This document shows positions 4,555 through 8,177 of a stretch of 8,177 nucleotides of DNA, piece after piece. Every line of letters begins with the position of its first letter. Within the stretch, counting starts at the first letter, position 1. The translations under genes were made by a program, and so were the position numbers. The stretch lies in the NCBI GenBank assembly GCA_965364435.1, contig CBDTXL010000188.1, positions 1-8,177 on the forward strand, written 5' to 3'. The stretch is from an uncultured bacterium. GTDB lineage: Bacteria > Cyanobacteriota > Cyanobacteriia > Cyanobacteriales > Coleofasciculaceae. Under the pieces are notes generated by a model, which worked only from the letters and a program-made list of their open reading frames with translations, was not told the origin of the DNA and ran no database searches.

Positions 4555-6450
4555 TTGCAGCAAAACGAGCGTATTGCCATTTCTGCGATCGCGGGAATGG
4601 GGGGTGTTGGGAAAACGGAATTGGCGCTGCAATATGCTGGCGAACAGTGGAAGCAGGGGAGGTATCCCGGTGGGGTTTGCTGGTTGCAGGCGCGGGGAGT
4701 AGATTTGAGGATTCAAATTGTAGCGTTTGCTAGGGCGCATTTGCCGTTGCGTATCCCGGAGGATTTGGAGTTGTCGCTTCAGGTAGCGTACTGCTGGCGG
4801 AATTGGTTGCCGGGGGAGGTGCTGATAGTACTGGATGATGTGACCGATTATAAGCAAGTGAGGGAGTACCTGCCGTCAGATGCGCCTCGATTTAAGGTGC
4901 TAATTACAACTCGGTTGCAGTTGGGTGCATCGATTGAGCATTTGTCGCTGGATGTCCTCAAACCTAGAGCAGCACTGGTTTTATTGGAGTCGCTGGTTGA
5001 TCGGGAACGACTGAAAAAAGAGCCGTGGGTGGCGCGAAAACTCTGTCGGTGGCTGGGATATTTGCCGTTGGGTTTGGAGTTGGTGGGGCGATATCTGAGG
5101 CGGAAACCGGATTTGTCTCTGGCGGAAATACTGTCTCGCTTGCAGGCAAAACGGTTAGAACAGTTAGCGCTGAAAAAGCCCAAGTCAGAGAATGATATGA
5201 CAGCTCAGTTAGGGGTGCAAGATGCTTTTGAGTTGAGTTGGCAAGAATTGGATGAGTCAGCGCAGAAGTTGGGGTTATGCTTGAGTTTATTTGCCCTTGC
5301 TCCGATTCCGTGGCAGTTGGTGGAACGATGCTTGCCGGATAGTGACCCAGAGGAACTCGAAGAGATTAGAGACTATAGTCTGGTCAATCTGCATCTGGTT
5401 GGGCGAAAAGGAGACAACACCTACCAGTTGCACCAACTGATTCGAGAATTCTTTTGTGCGAAGCTGAAACAGTCAGCAGAAGCCGACGACCTGAAGCGGG
5501 GATTTTGTCAGGTAATGGTGGCTGTGGCAAAGGAAATTCCTTATGAACCTAGCTGTGAGTTAATTGCTGCTCTCGCGCCTGCAATTCCTCATCTAGTAGA
5601 GGTCGCTGATCATCTGACCACCTATCTTAGCGACGAAAATTGTGCAGTACCTTTTTCACGTTTGGGTAGGTTCTATGAAGGTCAAGAGTTTTATGTTCAG
5701 GCAGAATGCTGGTATAAGCAGTGCTTAGAAGCTAGCAAAAAGCGCTTGGGTGATGAACATCAGACCGTAACAACCAGTCTTAATGATCTGGCTTACATCT
5801 ACAAATCTCAAGGTCGTTACTTGGAAGCAGAGCCGTTATATATAAAAGCACTAGCCCTAAGGAAACGCTTACTTGGAGGAGAACACACCAATGTGGCACA
5901 AAGTCTCAACAACTTAGCAGGACTTTACCGTAAGCAAGGTCGCTACTCAGAAGCAGAACCGTTTTTGCTTGAAGCGCTAGCACTAAGAAAACGCTTACTT
6001 GGAGAAGAACACACCAATGTGGGACAAAGCCTTAACCATTTGGCGTATCTTTACTATGAGCAAGGTCGTTACTTAGAAGCAGAGTCGTTTTACCTGCAAG
6101 CTTTATCGCTATACAAAGACCTTCTGAAGGAGAATCATCCTCATACAGCAACTAGCCTTAATAATCTGGCACTACTATACGAAGCTCAGGGGCGTTACTT
6201 GGAAGCTGAACCTTTGTATCTTCAAGCGTTGAAATTAAGACAAAGATTGATAGGAAAAGAACATCCGCGTTCAGTAATTAGTCTTACTAATCTGGCTAAG
6301 TTATACCATACTCAAGGACGCTACACTGAAGCCGAACTCCTGTATGTGGAAGCGTTGGAGATTGCGGAACGAACTTTAGGGGTAAATCATCCCAACACTG
6401 TCACCATCCGTGAGAATCTTCAAAAACTGCGCGATAAGCACGCTGCCTGA
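4555..6450 (+). CDS. NB-ARC (AP-ATPase/STAND, NLR-like) NTPase fused to six kinesin-light-chain-type TPR units. The called TTG start is probably artificial, because homology extends upstream to 4441
   Basis: NB-ARC hallmarks: Walker A GMGGVGKT (4594-4617); Walker B VLIVLDDV (4819-4842); 'KVLITTR' sensor-I-like motif; 'GYLPLGLELVG' (GLPL motif); winged-helix end 'YQLHQLIREF' (MHD-equivalent). These are followed by six repeats of 'SLNNLA.LY..QGRY.EAEPLY..AL.L...LLG.EH'. The pre-P-loop segment NLPRSGVVKFVGREEILDTLHQQ is encoded at 4486-4554, upstream of the called start. Stop TGA at 6448-6450. Confidence 0.9.
   Translation: MQQNERIAISAIAGMGGVGKTELALQYAGEQWKQGRYPGGVCWLQARGVDLRIQIVAFARAHLPLRIPEDLELSLQVAYCWRNWLPGEVLIVLDDVTDYKQVREYLPSDAPRFKVLITTRLQLGASIEHLSLDVLKPRAALVLLESLVDRERLKKEPWVARKLCRWLGYLPLGLELVGRYLRRKPDLSLAEILSRLQAKRLEQLALKKPKSENDMTAQLGVQDAFELSWQELDESAQKLGLCLSLFALAPIPWQLVERCLPDSDPEELEEIRDYSLVNLHLVGRKGDNTYQLHQLIREFFCAKLKQSAEADDLKRGFCQVMVAVAKEIPYEPSCELIAALAPAIPHLVEVADHLTTYLSDENCAVPFSRLGRFYEGQEFYVQAECWYKQCLEASKKRLGDEHQTVTTSLNDLAYIYKSQGRYLEAEPLYIKALALRKRLLGGEHTNVAQSLNNLAGLYRKQGRYSEAEPFLLEALALRKRLLGEEHTNVGQSLNHLAYLYYEQGRYLEAESFYLQALSLYKDLLKENHPHTATSLNNLALLYEAQGRYLEAEPLYLQALKLRQRLIGKEHPRSVISLTNLAKLYHTQGRYTEAELLYVEALEIAERTLGVNHPNTVTIRENLQKLRDKHAA
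5653..6405 (+). repeat. Array of six 126-nt (42-aa; the first unit is 41 aa) TPR units inside the NLR-like CDS
   Basis: The repeat unit SLN.LA.LY..QGRY.EAE..Y..AL.L...L.G..H..... occurs at an exact 126-nt period. For example, 5848-5901 and 5974-6027 differ at only 5 of 54 nt. Confidence 0.9.
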
Positions 6451-6476
6451 AGCCGATAAGCCTGACGGGATGCTAT

Positions 6477-6577
6477 GCGATCGCGCTTTTCCTTCTCAAG
6501 TGCGATCGCTGACAAGGTGAGGCTTCATTGTGGAGGCGATCGCGCTTGTTAACTAAGAAAAGGGAAAGTGCGATCGC
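6477..6577. repeat. Two tandem hairpins whose 12-bp stems are each built from a pair of HIP1 octamers
   Basis: Hairpin 1: GCGATCGCGCTT (6477-6488), 9-nt loop ttccttctc, AAGTGCGATCGC (6498-6509). Hairpin 2: GCGATCGCGCTT (6536-6547), 18-nt loop, AAGTGCGATCGC (6566-6577). Each stem has 11 Watson-Crick pairs plus one G.T. Four HIP1 sites fall within 101 bp, starting 27 nt after the NLR-like stop codon. Confidence 0.6.
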
Positions 6578-6640
6578 CATTCAGACAAGCTTCGCCAAAG
6601 CTGATAATTAAAATTGATAAGGTGAATCAGGCAGATAGTG

Positions 6641-6961
6641 ATGACATCCCTAACGAATACCCCCCATAAGTATGTGCAACTTGATGAGCGCAATGTGCCA
6701 ATCATTGCCGGAACTACCATGAAAGTCGTCGAATTGGTCATGGCTCAGATAGCGTATGGTTGGAGTCCTGAAGAGTTGCAATTTCAACATCCCTATTTGA
6801 CAATGAGCCAGATTCATTCGGCATTGGCTTATTACTGGGATAACAAAGAGGAACTTGATGCAGATATCAAGCGACGAGAGGAGTATTCCGAAAAGTTACG
6901 CAGGGAAGCAGGTGAATCTCCTTTTGTTGCTAGACTACGGGCACAGGGGCTATTGAAGTGA
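6641..6961 (+). CDS. DUF433 domain protein, putative antitoxin of a type II TA pair
   Basis: 'NVPIIAGTTMKVVELVMAQIAYGWSPEELQFQHPYLTMSQIHSALAYYWDNKEE' matches the DUF433/COG2442 pattern (I.GTR..V..+......G.S.EEI....P.L....I..AL.YY). The start is either ATG 6641 or the adjacent GTG 6638. The stop TGA (6959-6961) overlaps the next gene's start. Confidence 0.85.
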   Translation: MTSLTNTPHKYVQLDERNVPIIAGTTMKVVELVMAQIAYGWSPEELQFQHPYLTMSQIHSALAYYWDNKEELDADIKRREEYSEKLRREAGESPFVARLRAQGLLK

Positions 6962-7305
6962 GTCTAGCCTTCTACATGGATGAACACATACACCGAGCAG
7001 TTACGGCTGGGCTGCGTCTACGAGGTGTAGATGTTCTAACCGTTCAGGAAGATGAACGCACTAGCTTCCCTGACCCGATAATACTTGACCGTGCCACTGA
7101 ACTTCAGCGACTTTTGTTTACACAAGACGAAGATTTTCTAGCTGAAGCTAATCGCCGTCAGGAGCTGGGCATGAATTTCACCGGTATCATCTACGCCTAT
7201 CAATTGCTTGTCTCTGTTGGCGATTGTGTGCGTGACCTGGAAATCATTGCTAAAGCTGGCAAACCTGAAGAGTTTGCCAACCGAGTCCAATATCTGCCCT
7301 TGTAG
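6958..7305 (+). CDS. DUF5615 / Mut7-C-type PIN-like protein, putative toxin of a type II TA pair
   Basis: 'LAFYMDEHIHRAVTAGLRLRGVDVLTVQE......DPIILDRATELQRLLFTQDEDFL' fits the DUF5615/COG4634 pattern (F..DE.....+...L...G.DV......G....D..+...A..E.R+L+T.D.DF). GTG 6958 overlaps the upstream TGA as GTGA, which suggests translational coupling. An alternative ATG at 6976 would remove the first beta-strand. Confidence 0.85.
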   Translation: MSLAFYMDEHIHRAVTAGLRLRGVDVLTVQEDERTSFPDPIILDRATELQRLLFTQDEDFLAEANRRQELGMNFTGIIYAYQLLVSVGDCVRDLEIIAKAGKPEEFANRVQYLPL

Positions 7306-7370
7306 TTTTCAACGGCTAGCAATGCTGTGCCCCTTTGAAAGCGCATAGATAATTAACTTCCTGAAGTGCC

Positions 7371-8177
7371 TTATTGCAATTTCAGAAACTTCTCCAAGGC
7401 AGCAACCATCACTGGCGGCCAACGGCGGACAGTTTTCACCCACTCCAAATCTTTGTAGCGCCTATCCAGACCAACAACTGCCGCCCAATTACTCTCAGCT
7501 TCACCCTGTTTTCCCGCTGACCACAACGCCGCCGTCAGTGCAGCCCGTACATCGGGAAATTGTGGGTATTTTCGGATAATATTACGCATCGTGCGAATCG
7601 CTTCCTCTGTCTGCCCCGTCTGATAGAGGGCGAGGGCGTAATTAGCACGAGCAAAAGCAAAATTAGGGGCTAACTCAGTCGCCTTCTGGTAGTCCGCGAT
7701 CGCTTCTTCCCATCGTCCCTGTCCAGCTTTCGCATTACCGAGGTTGTTGTAAGCCATCGCGTCGTTGGGTTCTAGTTCCAGCACCCGCTTGTAGTCGCTA
7801 ATGGCATCCTCCCACCGACCTTGCCCTTCAAACGCCGTGCCGCGATTCAAATAGGGGTCAGCTGCATTTGGAGCCAACTCAATGGATTTATTGTAGTCAG
7901 CGATCGCCTCTTTTAACTTATTCTGACTAACCCTGGAATTCCCCCGGTTACTCCAGCCCACTGGATTTTCTGGCAAAAGCTCAATCAGCTGTGTCCAGTA
8001 ACCTTCGGCAGTTGGGAAGTCACCTTTATCCGTAGCAGCAAAAGCCTTCTGCCTTAGCTCATTAAATTGCTGCAATTGAGCCTCAGTCAAGTCCGGTGTC
8101 TGCGCCTGCGCCATCACTGGCCCAGCTGAACAAAAAACTAGTAGTACACAAAGTAAAGTCAGAATCCAGCGAATCAT
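7371..8177 (-). CDS. Exported TPR-repeat protein with a Sec signal peptide
   Basis: Complete ORF: the ATG is the reverse complement of 8175-8177, at the window edge, and the stop is TAA at 7371-7373. The signal peptide is MIRWILTLLCVLLVFCSAGPVMA|QAQ. There are several 34-aa TPR units with the 'W..A+.DY.+A+EL.PN.A.AY.N+G' pattern. The conserved-looking C-terminus is 'RRYKDLEWVKTVRRWPPVMVAALEKFLKL'. Confidence 0.9.
   Translation of the reverse strand: MIRWILTLLCVLLVFCSAGPVMAQAQTPDLTEAQLQQFNELRQKAFAATDKGDFPTAEGYWTQLIELLPENPVGWSNRGNSRVSQNKLKEAIADYNKSIELAPNAADPYLNRGTAFEGQGRWEDAISDYKRVLELEPNDAMAYNNLGNAKAGQGRWEEAIADYQKATELAPNFAFARANYALALYQTGQTEEAIRTMRNIIRKYPQFPDVRAALTAALWSAGKQGEAESNWAAVVGLDRRYKDLEWVKTVRRWPPVMVAALEKFLKLQ

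Larger units (their letters stand above)
4000..6450 (+). pseudogene. Alternative reading of the two CDS above: a single ~815-codon NLR-like gene (N-domain + NB-ARC + TPR) carrying one internal TGA at 4438-4440. This could be a nonsense pseudogene, a sequencing error or stop-codon readthrough
   Basis: Both ORFs are in frame 1 (4000 and 4555 are both 1 mod 3). Frame 1 has no other stop from 4000 to 6447. No ATG, GTG or TTG lies in-frame between 4441 and 4554. Confidence 0.45.

Noticed and set aside
4502-5183. ORFs 4502-4702 (+, frame 2), 4543-4857 (-), 4848-5183 (-) and 4964-5149 (-), all overlapping the NB-ARC region
   Set aside because: All lie inside the frame-1 sequence that carries the P-loop, Walker B, TTR and GLPL motifs. 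Their translations have no recognisable motifs. ATG 4502 is out of frame with the NB-ARC domain, so it cannot serve as its start.
6477-6577. Possible mini-CRISPR array suggested by four evenly recurring GC-rich repeats
   Set aside because: The repeats are only 12 nt long. They occur as inverted, not direct, pairs built on the HIP1 palindrome. The spacings are unequal (9, 26 and 18 nt), and there are no cas genes or a leader.
6553-6741. 62-aa minus-strand ORF spanning the intergenic hairpin region and the start of the DUF433 gene
   Set aside because: It overlaps the well-supported DUF433 CDS in antisense. It has no motif or signal, and it starts inside that gene.

Overview
The window looks cyanobacterial. 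By eye I count at least 11 copies of the HIP1 octamer GCGATCGC in 8.2 kb, where about 0.1 is expected by chance, and GC is roughly 48-50%.

Gene content, left to right:
1. The 3' part of a large parallel beta-helix surface or secreted protein. It has a 54-bp tandem-repeat linker and a DUF4114-like C-terminus.
2. A minus-strand pair: a Tat-signal aldo/keto reductase, followed 65 bp downstream (41 bp if the TTG start is used) by a Sec-signal hypothetical protein.
3. The locus of main interest, a single 2.45-kb reading frame (4000-6450). It encodes an all-helical N-terminal domain with a hydrophobic first helix, an NB-ARC (STAND/NLR-type) NTPase, and six 42-aa TPR units. One in-frame TGA at 4438-4440 interrupts it. 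ORF callers therefore see a 146-aa protein plus an NB-ARC/TPR protein that lacks a proper start.
4. A DUF433/DUF5615 (PIN-like) toxin-antitoxin pair with a 4-bp GTGA overlap.
5. A signal-peptide TPR protein on the minus strand, ending exactly at the window edge.

Other observations: a sharp synonymous-codon and GC step inside the NLR-like gene at the NOD/TPR junction; two HIP1-stemmed hairpins directly downstream of it; and nested inverted repeats in the convergent intergenic region at 1524-1712.

All family names come from motif recognition by eye and memory. No searches were run.
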